The position numbers and the translations under genes were made by a program. Shown one piece after another: positions 53,333 to 62,639 of a DNA stretch of 64,000 nt (positions are counted from its first letter, which is position 1; the number at the start of each line of letters is the position of its first letter). Origin of the DNA: Phycisphaerae bacterium (GTDB lineage Bacteria > Planctomycetota > Phycisphaerae > UBA1845 > UTPLA1); the NCBI GenBank assembly GCA_046350375.1, contig JAXMAO010000008.1, positions 416-64,415 of the forward strand, written 5' to 3'. The notes under the pieces were generated by a model that searched no databases, had not been told where the DNA came from, and worked only from the letters and a program-made list of their open reading frames with translations.

Positions 53333-55642
53333 ATGGGAGGTTCGGCGATGACACGGCTTGGCGGGGTGGTGGCGGTGCTTGCGCTGTGCGCGGTGCACGG
53401 GGCGCTGGCCGAGGAAGTGGTGCGGTTCGATGGCCACCGGGTGGTCCGCGCGACCGTTCGCAACGCGGACGAGCTGAACCGGCTGTTGTCGCTGACGCAC
53501 GACGTCTGGAGCGAGCGGGTCGGCATCGGCCCGGTCGATGTGCGGGTCACTCCGGCCGAGTACGAGCGACTGAGAAACAGCGGGCTGCGGTTTCAGGTGC
53601 TGATCGACGACGTGCAGGGCAAGATCGACAACCAGTTTGCCAAGGGGCCGGAGGGGGTCGATCCGTTCCTGAACTACATGGACAACGCGACGGTGAACGC
53701 CTACCTCGCGACCTTGGCGGCCCTGCGACCTGACCTGGCGCAGGTCGTGACGGTCGGCACGACGCTGGAGGGGCGGACGATCCAGGGTCTGCGAATTACC
53801 GGGCCTGGCGCCGGGCCGAAACCCGGGGTGCTGTTCCACGGCTGCGAGCACGCGCGCGAGTGGATCAGCGTGCCCGTTACGCTGTACGTGGCCGATCAAC
53901 TGGTGCGGAACTACGACGCCGATCCGATGCTGCACGACCTGGTCGACCGGTGCGAGTGGTTCATCATTCCGGTGTTCAACGTCGACGGGTACCTCTATAC
54001 CTGGTCGACCAACCGGCTGTGGCGCAAGAACCGGCGGAACAACGGCGACGGCTCGTTCGGGGTGGACATCAACCGCAACTGGGGCTTTCACTGGGGCGGC
54101 GAGGGGGCGAGCACGCTCGGCTCCGACGAGACCTTTCGCGGGCCGTCGGCGTTCTCGGAGCCCGAAACGCAGGCGATGCGCGACTTCTTCCTGGCGCATA
54201 CGAACATTGTGACCCACGAAGACCTGCACAGCTATTCGCAGCTCATTCTCTGGCCGTGGGGCTACCAGTCGCCGACGTCGCCTGATGAGCCCGAGTTCAA
54301 CCTCATCGGCACAACCATGCAGTCGATCATCCTGGGCGTGCACGGCGTGTCGTATCGCCCGGGCGCGATCTACAACAACATCTACCCGGCGTCGGGCGTG
54401 TCGGTCGATTGGTGCTATGGCACGCTCGGAATCCGGTCGTTCTCGATCGAGCTGCGCGACACGGGCGCGAGCGGGTTCGTGCTGCCGGCGACGCAGATCC
54501 GGCCGAATTGCGAGGAGATCTTCCCGGCGCTGATCTACCAGGCCGACTACACCACCACGCCGGTGCACATTGCGCTGCCGAACGGCGCGCCGACGCTGGT
54601 CGCGCCGGGCGCACCTGCGAACTTCGCCGTGCGGATCACCGACGGCCGGCAGACGGTCGATCCGGCGGGGGCGACGCTGTATGTGCGCTCGTCGCCGAGC
54701 GATCCGTACGTGGGGGTACCGATCGCGCACGTCTCCGGCAACGATTACACGGCGACCATTCCGTCGCAGCTCTGTTCGGCGAGCGTGCAGTTCTACATCG
54801 TCGCGGGCGGACTGGGCGGCGGGCAGGCGCGCTCGCCGGGGGCGGCCCCGACGGCGTACTACCCGGCCAGCGTCGGCACGACCGCCTACAGCTTCAACGA
54901 TAACTTCGAGACCGACCAGGGCTGGACGGTGACCAACGTCAGCCTTTCGACGGGTGCGTGGGTGCGGGCCGATCCGGTCGGGACGTTCAGCGGCTCGACG
55001 CCGGTGCAACCCGAGGATGACAACCCGGCCGGCGTGGGGACGCTGTGTTACGTGACGGCCAACGGATCGCCGGGCGGCGGCGTCGGCGCGGCCGACGTGG
55101 ATGGCGGGCCGACGATTCTGACGTCGCCGCGGATCGACCTGTCGGCGGTGGCGGACCCGTACGTGAACTACTATCGCTGGTTCTATTGCAGCAGCGGCAC
55201 CGGCTCGGGGGCCGACTTCCTGACGGTCGAGATTTCGAACAACGACGGCGCGAGCTGGGTGACGCTTGAGAGCATCACGCACGATCCGGGCTGGAAGCCG
55301 AAGTCGTTCCGCGTTTCGAACTACGTTCCGCCGAGCAGCCTGATGCGGCTGCGGTTCAGCGTGGCCGACCAGCCGAACGGCTCGACCACCGAGGCGGCGA
55401 TCGACGACGTGACGGTGACGACATTTTCGTGCGTGAACCCGGTGGTGACCGGCGACATGAACTGCGACGGTCTGTTCAACGCGAACGACGTGGCGCCGTT
55501 TGTGCAGGCGCTGGTCGACGAGGCCGGCTACGCGGCCGCCTATCCGGGCTGCGCGCGGTCGAACGGCGACCTGAACGCCAGCACGACGATCGATGGCGAC
55601 GACGCGCAGCAGTTCGTGGCGCTGCTGCTGGCGCTGCCGTAG
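53333..55642 (+). CDS. secreted M14 zinc carboxypeptidase with propeptide, C-terminal beta domains and dockerin-like module
   Basis: It has a signal peptide, a propeptide-like region (VVRFDGHRVVRATV), the zinc site HGCEHAREW, NVDGY..., RLWRKNRR, GVDINRNW and LHSYSQLILWPWGY. The C-terminal end is GDMNCDGLFNANDVAPFVQALV...GDLNASTTIDGDDAQQFVALL. Confidence 0.9.
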   Translation: MGGSAMTRLGGVVAVLALCAVHGALAEEVVRFDGHRVVRATVRNADELNRLLSLTHDVWSERVGIGPVDVRVTPAEYERLRNSGLRFQVLIDDVQGKIDNQFAKGPEGVDPFLNYMDNATVNAYLATLAALRPDLAQVVTVGTTLEGRTIQGLRITGPGAGPKPGVLFHGCEHAREWISVPVTLYVADQLVRNYDADPMLHDLVDRCEWFIIPVFNVDGYLYTWSTNRLWRKNRRNNGDGSFGVDINRNWGFHWGGEGASTLGSDETFRGPSAFSEPETQAMRDFFLAHTNIVTHEDLHSYSQLILWPWGYQSPTSPDEPEFNLIGTTMQSIILGVHGVSYRPGAIYNNIYPASGVSVDWCYGTLGIRSFSIELRDTGASGFVLPATQIRPNCEEIFPALIYQADYTTTPVHIALPNGAPTLVAPGAPANFAVRITDGRQTVDPAGATLYVRSSPSDPYVGVPIAHVSGNDYTATIPSQLCSASVQFYIVAGGLGGGQARSPGAAPTAYYPASVGTTAYSFNDNFETDQGWTVTNVSLSTGAWVRADPVGTFSGSTPVQPEDDNPAGVGTLCYVTANGSPGGGVGAADVDGGPTILTSPRIDLSAVADPYVNYYRWFYCSSGTGSGADFLTVEISNNDGASWVTLESITHDPGWKPKSFRVSNYVPPSSLMRLRFSVADQPNGSTTEAAIDDVTVTTFSCVNPVVTGDMNCDGLFNANDVAPFVQALVDEAGYAAAYPGCARSNGDLNASTTIDGDDAQQFVALLLALP

Positions 55643-55657
55643 TCCGGCCGGCGGCGG

Positions 55658-58600
55658 TCAGCGCTTGCCGGGCGGGAAGAGTGCCTCGAGCTCTCGCCGC
55701 AGGCTGCTGAGCGGCTTGGAGGCGATCTTCGGGTCGCGGATCGTCCCGGTCACCTGAACCTCGAACAAGTCGCGCGACGCGCCTTCGATCAGCTCGGTGA
55801 GCACGGGCACGCGCAGCCGGTGCGGGCTGCCGATCAGCAGTTTCACGTTCAGATCGCCGCTGTCGGTGTTCATCTCGCCGCTGCCGACCAGCGCGACGGC
55901 GTGCCCTTGCAGGTCGATCTTGTCGAGGTGCAGCGTCTGGCCGTCGAGCGAGAAGCGGATCCAGCCGTCGTGGAACATGTTTTCGTCGGGGGCCAGGTTG
56001 ACGAGCCGGAAGATGTCGAGCACGGCGGGCAGGCGCCAGACCTGGGCCTCGCGCAGGAAGACCTCGCCGCCGCCGCGCCGCCCGGCGTCGTCGCCGACCT
56101 TGCCGCGCAAAGCGAACTTGCCGAAGACCAGTCCGCGGGCATTCGACGCGGGCTGACCCGGGCGGCGCATGGCGTTGAGCAGCTCGTCGAGCCGGGCGTC
56201 GACCACGTTCATCAGGAAGGCGTACTCGGTGTGGGCGGGGGCGAACTCGATCTCGCACTCGCCCGCGGCCGAGCCGCCGAACAGCTTGGCCTCGCAGCCG
56301 GCGAGCTTCAGCCGCCGCGCGCCGGCGGGAATGACGGCCCGCAGCGTCAGGTCGCGAAAGTCGAACGGCCCGAGCGCGGCCCGCGCCAGTCTGGCGCTGA
56401 CATCGACCGCCAGCTGCCCGGCGTGAATCGAGCCGCCGCCGGTCAGCTCGCCGTTGACGTTGCGGGTGTCGAGACCGAGGTTGAGCGCCAGGTCATGCAG
56501 GACGGCCTGGCCGCGCCAGTCCCAGTCGAGCGCGCTGCCGCCGGTGGCGGCGAAGCGCAGGATGTCGAGGTGCAGATCGCACGTGCCACTGGCGGCCAGC
56601 GAGCGCCAGCCGGCCTGCAGTGCTTCGGGCAGCGCGGCGGTGAAGGCATCGTTCAGCGGCAGGCGGTCGGCGTCGACGCGCAGCAGGCCGGTCGGGCCGA
56701 CGTTTGCCAGGTCGATCGAGCCGTCGATGCGCAGCGGCGCCGGACCGCACTGGCCTTGCACGCCGGAGAGCTCGACGCGTTCGTTGCTGACGACCAGGCG
56801 CCCGCTGAGCTGGTCGATGGGCAGCGGAAAGGCGGCGTAGCGCGCCGCCCCGTTGCGCACCGTGACGACGGTGTGGTGGCGCTGTTCGGTGGTGGCGCCG
56901 CGCGTGACGCGGTGATACTGCGTCGCCAGGTCGACCTGCCCGGCCGGCGAGAGCATGTTCCAGACGCGTCGCAGTTCAGGCGGAACGGCCGATTGCAGCT
57001 CGGCGTCGAGCGGAAGATTGGAGACGGAGATCGCCAGGTCGGCGATGGCGCCGTCGGGCTGGCGGTGAACCTCGCCGCGGGCCATGACGGCGGCCGCGCC
57101 GTGCGAGCCGCGCAGGTCGATGAGCGCGATGCGGTCGGGCGTGATGCGCAGCTGGCCGGTCAGCTTCTCGATGGTGTACGGCAGCTCGCTGTAGCGCAGC
57201 CGCGCGTCGAGCAACCGGGCGTCGAGGTCGTAGCGGACTTCGTCGTCGGGTGGGGCGACATAGACGCGACCGATCAGGTCGGCGCGGCCCTGCGGGCTGA
57301 ACTGGGACAGCGCGGTGCGGGCCTCTGGCGGCAGGGCGTCGAGCAGCCGCTCGTCGAGCGGCAGGTCGCGGGCCTCGACGCGGAGTTCGAGCCGGCCGCC
57401 GGGCGCAGCGGCGTCGGCGTCCTGCCAGGCGCCGTCGACGCGGATCGAAGCGTCGAGATGGGCGGGAGTATCGCCGGCGGCCGCGGACGTGACCGACTCG
57501 ATCGGGCCGACGCTGCCGGTCAGGCCGTCGAGGTCGATCCGACCGGGGCCGATCCGTACCTGGCCGCAGACGTGGTCGAATGGATAGGGGAAACGTTCGA
57601 AGCGCAGGCCGGCGTCGAGCAACCGCACGTCGAGCTGCTGATTCCAGGGGCGCGGGCCGTGTGTGTCGCTGCCCGAGGGGCGCGTGAGCCGGGCGTGGAC
57701 CTCGGCCAGTCCGTGCGGGTCGAAGAGCATCCACATCCGCTGGTAGCGCGGCGACAGGGCGGCGAACAGCGCGTCGTCGAGCGGGACGGCGTCGGCATCG
57801 ACCGAGAGCTCCAGCCCGGTCCAGGGGCGCGGCTCGTCGAGCCGGGCGTTGATTCGCGCGGTGGCGCTGCCGTGGTTGCCGACGAGGTTGTCGAGCCAGA
57901 CGCCGTCGTCGGTGAATCGGACGCGTCCGCGGACGTTGTCGAGCCGCACCGGAAAGCCGCTGTAGCGGGCGGTCGTGCCGTTGGGGCGCAGCTCGCCGCG
58001 CAGCCGCAGCGGGGCGGCCTGGGCGCCGGCCGGCCGGGTGACGTGGCAGTCGACGCCCAGCAGCCCCTCGGGCTCATAGGCGTGGAGGAACCCGATCAGC
58101 TCTGCGGGGAAGCCTTCGCCGTCGAGGATGAGCCGGCGCAGCTCGGGCGACGGGACGGGGACGGCATTGCAGGTGACTTGCAGGTCGAGGCCGATCTGTT
58201 CGAGCGGCAGCTCGATGCTGGAGAGGGTGCCGCGGAGCGTGACCGGCGCCTGGTCGAGCCGGCCGGCCAGGTCGGCGGAGAGCGTGCTGCCGACCAGGTC
58301 GATCTCGCCGACGATGTCGGTGAGGTGGTGGAGGATGATCTCGCCGGAGTCGGCGGCGGCGTCGGTGGCGCGGACGCGACCGAGCAGCGACAGCGGCACG
58401 TTGAGGCTGACGCCGTTGAGCAGCATGTTGTAGCGGCGCTCGGCGGCGACGGTCGCGCCGTACTGAATTCGCTGCGAGCGCACGTCGCCGCGCAGAGTCA
58501 GTCGCTCGAAGAACTGCTGGTAGACCTTGGGCAGCATGCCGCGGATGGTTCCGAGGCCGACCGCGGGCAGGTCGCTGATGGTGCCGGCGACCGGGTCGTA

Positions 58601-59317
58601 GTTCATGCGGCCGCGGGTGGAGCGCTCGCCGAACTGTCGTACGTCGACCAGAAAGGCGGTGCGGTTGCGCGGGTCGGGGCGGACGTCGATGTCGAATTGC
58701 AGCCGCTCGGACTGGCGCCGGCCGGAGGCATCGACCGTGACCAGGGCGACCTCGGCGTCGCGCAGCCGCGTAGTCGGCCGGGGCGGACGGGCGCGGGCCG
58801 ATTCGTGCACACCCGAGGCGCGGAGCGACTGCCAGTTGTAGCGGCCGGTCTCGACGTTCTGGATGATGGTGAGTCGCGGGCGCGTGGCGACGATTTCGCG
58901 GACGGCGAATCGCAGGCCGACGAGCTTCCACGGGTCGGTGGCGAGGCGCAGCGACTCGGCGCCGAAGATTTCGCGCGCCGGGCGGTCGCGCGCCGCCGGG
59001 TCGAGCGCAGGGTCGGCGGGGGTGGAGATGCTGACGCCGCGCAGCTCGATGCCGTCGAAGAGAGAGAAGCGCGCCGCGGCGACGCTGACGTCGCCGCCGG
59101 TCATTGCGGCGAGGAAGAATTCGGCGCGGCGGCGGATGTTGTCGTCGGTGGTTTCCCAGCGATAGGCGGCGTAGCCGGTCGCGAGCAGCGCCAGAGTGGC
59201 CCAGCCGATGCGCTGCCGGGCGAGCGACACCGGGCGGCGGCGCGTCGCGGGGCGCGGCGCGGGCGCGGCTCGGGGCGGTGCGGCGTGCGGCAGGGCTCGG
59301 GCGGGGTCGACGCTCAT
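55658..59317 (-). CDS. AsmA-family (AsmA/TamB/YhdP-like) large envelope protein
   Basis: Starts at the ATG at complement 59315..59317 (MSVDPARALP...), 1219 aa. It has an N-terminal TM anchor (IGWATLALLATGYAAY), a long beta-rich body, and an AsmA-like C-terminus (WIRFSLDGQTLHLDKIDLQGHAVALVGSGEMNTDSGDLNVKLLIGSP). The supplied ORF 55658..60574 fuses it to the upstream gene. Confidence 0.75.
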   Translation of the reverse strand: MSVDPARALPHAAPPRAAPAPRPATRRRPVSLARQRIGWATLALLATGYAAYRWETTDDNIRRRAEFFLAAMTGGDVSVAAARFSLFDGIELRGVSISTPADPALDPAARDRPAREIFGAESLRLATDPWKLVGLRFAVREIVATRPRLTIIQNVETGRYNWQSLRASGVHESARARPPRPTTRLRDAEVALVTVDASGRRQSERLQFDIDVRPDPRNRTAFLVDVRQFGERSTRGRMNYDPVAGTISDLPAVGLGTIRGMLPKVYQQFFERLTLRGDVRSQRIQYGATVAAERRYNMLLNGVSLNVPLSLLGRVRATDAAADSGEIILHHLTDIVGEIDLVGSTLSADLAGRLDQAPVTLRGTLSSIELPLEQIGLDLQVTCNAVPVPSPELRRLILDGEGFPAELIGFLHAYEPEGLLGVDCHVTRPAGAQAAPLRLRGELRPNGTTARYSGFPVRLDNVRGRVRFTDDGVWLDNLVGNHGSATARINARLDEPRPWTGLELSVDADAVPLDDALFAALSPRYQRMWMLFDPHGLAEVHARLTRPSGSDTHGPRPWNQQLDVRLLDAGLRFERFPYPFDHVCGQVRIGPGRIDLDGLTGSVGPIESVTSAAAGDTPAHLDASIRVDGAWQDADAAAPGGRLELRVEARDLPLDERLLDALPPEARTALSQFSPQGRADLIGRVYVAPPDDEVRYDLDARLLDARLRYSELPYTIEKLTGQLRITPDRIALIDLRGSHGAAAVMARGEVHRQPDGAIADLAISVSNLPLDAELQSAVPPELRRVWNMLSPAGQVDLATQYHRVTRGATTEQRHHTVVTVRNGAARYAAFPLPIDQLSGRLVVSNERVELSGVQGQCGPAPLRIDGSIDLANVGPTGLLRVDADRLPLNDAFTAALPEALQAGWRSLAASGTCDLHLDILRFAATGGSALDWDWRGQAVLHDLALNLGLDTRNVNGELTGGGSIHAGQLAVDVSARLARAALGPFDFRDLTLRAVIPAGARRLKLAGCEAKLFGGSAAGECEIEFAPAHTEYAFLMNVVDARLDELLNAMRRPGQPASNARGLVFGKFALRGKVGDDAGRRGGGEVFLREAQVWRLPAVLDIFRLVNLAPDENMFHDGWIRFSLDGQTLHLDKIDLQGHAVALVGSGEMNTDSGDLNVKLLIGSPHRLRVPVLTELIEGASRDLFEVQVTGTIRDPKIASKPLSSLRRELEALFPPGKR

Positions 59318-60574
59318 GGCCGGTGGCGGGCGGGCGCGGCCGATCGGCGCGCAACGCCGGCGACCATTGTAGTCGCCGCGAGGACGTAGATCATCGCGAG
59401 CAGCGGAACGCGGTAGCGGACCGATCCGATGAAGACGGTGTGCTGCGCGGTGTAATAGAGCGGGGCCGCCAGCAGCGCCGCCAGCAGCGTGCGCCGTCGC
59501 CGCAGGGTCCAGACGCCGATCGCCGCCGCCGCAAAGACGGGGGCGACGGTCAGCCAGCAGACGACGTCGGCCCAGCCGCCGCGATAGCCGAAGCGCGTGC
59601 AGCGTGATGGACCAGAGGCGCGCTGAAGCCGCGCCGGCCAGGCGCAGGGTCTGGCGCGGATGGGCGGCGGCCCAGTCGATTGCCGCGCGGCGACAGGCGC
59701 GGTCGCGTTCGAGTTCGCCGGCGCCGGGTGGCAGGGCCGGATAGACGATCCGCTCCATGCCGGGCCCGCCGTCGGCCCAGTCGCCGAGCCCTTCCATCAG
59801 CGTCGCGCCAACGCCGGTGCGGATCGGCACCCACGCTCCGAGCAGGCGATGATTGCGGATTGCGGCCGGCGCGATGACCAGCGCGAAGACGATCGCGGCG
59901 GCGGCGGCGCGGGCGGTCGCGCCGGGCCGGCGAGCGGACGGGCTGCCCGCGCTGCGCCCGAAGCACAGCAGCCCGACCCACGGAACGATCAGCAGCAGGG
60001 CGCTGCTGCGGGTCAGCGCCGCCAGCGCCAGGGCCGCGCCGGACAGCGCGGCGGGCGACGCGCGCTGCTCGTCGATGGCGGCCAGCAGCCATTCCAGCGA
60101 CCACGCCAGCAAGGCCGTGAAGAGCACCTCGGTCAGCAGCAGTCCGTGGCAGAAGACAAAGATCGGATCGACGGCCGCCAGCGCGCCGGCGACCAGGCCG
60201 CCCGTCGGACCGGCGGCGCGGTCGGCTAGCCGCATGATGGCGAGCATGGCGGCCATGCCGAAGAGGACGTTGGCGCCGCGCCCCCAGAGCGCCAGCGCGG
60301 CGAAGCTCCGCGCGCCGAGGACGGTGCCAACCGCGAGCACGTGCGGATAGAGCGGGTCGGTGCCGCAGCGGACCTGCGGCGAGTCGATCGGCCCGCGCCC
60401 GGCGGCGATGTTCATGGCGACGGCGGCGTAGCGGTGCGAGTCGGGATAGTCGAAGGCGGCCGGGGCGCGGGTGGCGTAGATGGCGATCGCAATGCGGGTC
60501 GCCAGGCCGATCAGCAGGCAGAGATCGCGACCGCGCGGCAGCGACAGGCGGGCGCGGGCAGGCGGGGGCGTCAC
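59314..60574 (-). pseudogene. GT-C fold glycosyltransferase (ArnT/PMT, GT39/83-like) with one frame shift near 59585..59605
   Basis: From the GTG at 60574 there are ~330 aa of multi-TM protein (IAIAIYATRAPAAFDYPDSHRYAAVAMNIAAGRG...). The last ~90 aa are only readable in another frame (own translation: RFGYRGGWADVVCWLTVAPVFAAAAIGVWTLRRRRTLLAALLAAPLYYTAQHTVFIGSVRYRVPLLAMIYVLAATTMVAG...). That frame ends at the TGA at complement 59314..59316, which overlaps the AsmA-like ATG. The 1261-nt length is not a multiple of 3. Confidence 0.55.
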
Positions 60575-61641
60575 GAGGTGCTCTGCCGGACGGTGGGGCG
60601 TCCGCGCCGTGCGGCGATGGGCTGCCGGCGGATGACCAGGCGCGGGCCGACGCGGGCCGCTTCCCAGCCGCCGGGCAGCTCGACGCGGCGTCCGCCGCGG
60701 TGCGGCGCGACCAGGGCGGCGGCGGCGGCCAGGCGCTCCTGTCCGACGCGCATCAGCCCGGCCCGCAGGCGGCGCAGCGCGCGGCGAACCAGTTCGGTCT
60801 GCACGATGGCCGGCTGACGTGCCAGCGAGCGGCGGTCGAAGGCGATCTGATCGACGCCGGCTTCGACACAGGCGGCGCGCCAGGCGGAAGCGGTCGCGGC
60901 GGTCAGCAGCGCCCGGAGCTGGCGGGCGTGATCGGCCAGCCGGACGAGCGCCCGCGCGACGCCGGGGTTCAGCTCGCGGGCCAGCGTGGGCAGGACGCGG
61001 TGGCGGATGCGGTTTCGGGTGTACGTCGGGCTGTCGTTGGAGCGATCGTCGCGATGCGCGTAGCCGCGGTGCACGAGGTACGCCTGCGTGTCGGCGCGGG
61101 TGAGCGACAGCAGTGGCCGCACGAGTTTCGGCCCGTCGCGACCCATGCGGCGTGCCGGGGCGATGCCGGCCAGTCCGCGCACGCCGGTGCCGCGCGCGAC
61201 GCGATGCAGCACGGTCTCGGCCTGGTCGTCGGCATGATGAGCGGTGAGGACGATGTCGGCGCCGGCGTGGCGCGCGACGCGGGCGAGAAAGGCGTAACGC
61301 TCGCGCCGCAGGGCGGCCTCGGACGTCGGGCGGGCATCGTCAGCGGCAGGCTGGCCGATCCGTGCGGGCCAGTCGAGCGAGTGTGCGAGCGCGGCGACGA
61401 GGCCGGCGTCGAGCTCGGATTCTTCGCCGCGGAGGCGGTGGTTGTAATGCGCGACGGTCAGCGACCAGCCGGACCGCTGCCGGCGGATTCGCTCGGTCAG
61501 CGCCAGCAGCAGCGCCACCGAATCGCAGCCACCCGATACGGCGACGACCATGCGGGCGTTTGCGGCGGGCGCGGCGGCGGCCTCGAGCGCCCGCAGGACG
61601 CGGCGTTCGAATTCGACCGGCGGCAGTTCGCGTCGGGCCAT
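60571..61641 (-). CDS. tilS: tRNA(Ile)-lysidine synthetase TilS
   Basis: Starts at the ATG at complement 61639..61641. It has the PP-loop VAVSGGCDSVALL, then AHYNHRLRGEES, LTAHHADDQAETVL, RPLL and NR.R. Its stop overlaps the next start (GTGA). Confidence 0.85.
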   Translation of the reverse strand: MARRELPPVEFERRVLRALEAAAAPAANARMVVAVSGGCDSVALLLALTERIRRQRSGWSLTVAHYNHRLRGEESELDAGLVAALAHSLDWPARIGQPAADDARPTSEAALRRERYAFLARVARHAGADIVLTAHHADDQAETVLHRVARGTGVRGLAGIAPARRMGRDGPKLVRPLLSLTRADTQAYLVHRGYAHRDDRSNDSPTYTRNRIRHRVLPTLARELNPGVARALVRLADHARQLRALLTAATASAWRAACVEAGVDQIAFDRRSLARQPAIVQTELVRRALRRLRAGLMRVGQERLAAAAALVAPHRGGRRVELPGGWEAARVGPRLVIRRQPIAARRGRPTVRQSTS

Positions 61642-61682
61642 GGCGACGGTTCCGTGCGGGCGATGCGTCCGCACGCACCATT

Positions 61683-62639
61683 TTATTCGGCGCGGCGGGC
61701 GGCGTCGATTGAGGCCGGCGAAAGCGCGTCGGAGAGCGCCTGAAGAAACGTCTGCCGCAGGGCGCGCGGCGCCAGCGCCACGCTGAAGTGGCTGCAATTC
61801 AGCTCGTGGCGGCGGACGTCGGGTCGCGTGGTCCACCAGGCCCGCAGCGCGGCGATGTCGACCATGGTGTCGTTTCGGCCGTTGACCATGACGACCGATC
61901 CGCCGGCGCGACCGACGGCGCGATCCACGTCAACCTGCGGCGCCAGCTGCGTCGCCGAGACGCGCTGCCGGAACCGTGCGTGCACCAGCCGCGTGAATGA
62001 CGACGCGAGCAGCATTCGCGAGAGGAAAGGCGTCGCCAGCAGGGCGACGTTGGCGCTGAAGCGCGGCTCGAACGTGGATTCGACCAGCGTCACGATGCCG
62101 CCGAGGCTGATGCCCGACAGCACCCGGTGCGGATACTGGTTGGCAAAGCGGTCGGCGATTGTCTTGGCGACGACCACGCTGGCGGCGATCAGCTCCTCGA
62201 AGCCCTCGATCCGCCGCAGCCGGCGGCGCAGGTCGCGCCGGCCCGGCACGTGGCCCAGGCCGGCCAGGCAGATGCGATCGGCGGCTAACGCGGCCGATCC
62301 GTGCGCCAGGAAGTATCGATAGCTGCCGCCGGGCGGGCGTTCGGCCAGGCCGTGGTGATAGACGATCAGCCGGCCGTTGTGGGCGACGCGTTCGTGGAGA
62401 AACAGCAGCTCGTGCCGGGCGCCGTCGAGGTGCACGTGGGCGCGGTAGTCGACCTGCGGGCCATGCTCGGCGATGCGCTCCAGCTCGCAGGACGCACCGC
62501 GCCAGCGCTGGATGCGGTCGGCAAGCTGGCCGGACGGCGCGGCGTCGCTGTCGCTCAGCAGGTCTCGGCCGCGAAACGCCAGCGCGGTAATAACCAGGTG
62601 ATCGAGGGCCCGCGCCAGCAGGCCCGCGAGGAAATTCAT
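61683..62639 (-). CDS. alpha/beta-hydrolase-fold protein
   Basis: This is the 3' part of ORF 61683..63692, starting at the ATG at complement 62637..62639 (MNFLAGLLARALD...). It has the nucleophile elbow LSGISLGG and an ATGA overlap with the rlmN stop. Confidence 0.65.
   Translation of the reverse strand: MNFLAGLLARALDHLVITALAFRGRDLLSDSDAAPSGQLADRIQRWRGASCELERIAEHGPQVDYRAHVHLDGARHELLFLHERVAHNGRLIVYHHGLAERPPGGSYRYFLAHGSAALAADRICLAGLGHVPGRRDLRRRLRRIEGFEELIAASVVVAKTIADRFANQYPHRVLSGISLGGIVTLVESTFEPRFSANVALLATPFLSRMLLASSFTRLVHARFRQRVSATQLAPQVDVDRAVGRAGGSVVMVNGRNDTMVDIAALRAWWTTRPDVRRHELNCSHFSVALAPRALRQTFLQALSDALSPASIDAARRAE

Noticed and set aside
52934-55282. 782-aa minus-strand ORF
   Set aside because: It is antisense to the M14 carboxypeptidase gene, which has unambiguous zinc-site motifs.
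55820-59389. 1189-aa + strand ORF
   Set aside because: It is antisense to the AsmA-like gene. Its translation is Asp/Gly/Ala/Arg-rich low-complexity sequence without motifs.
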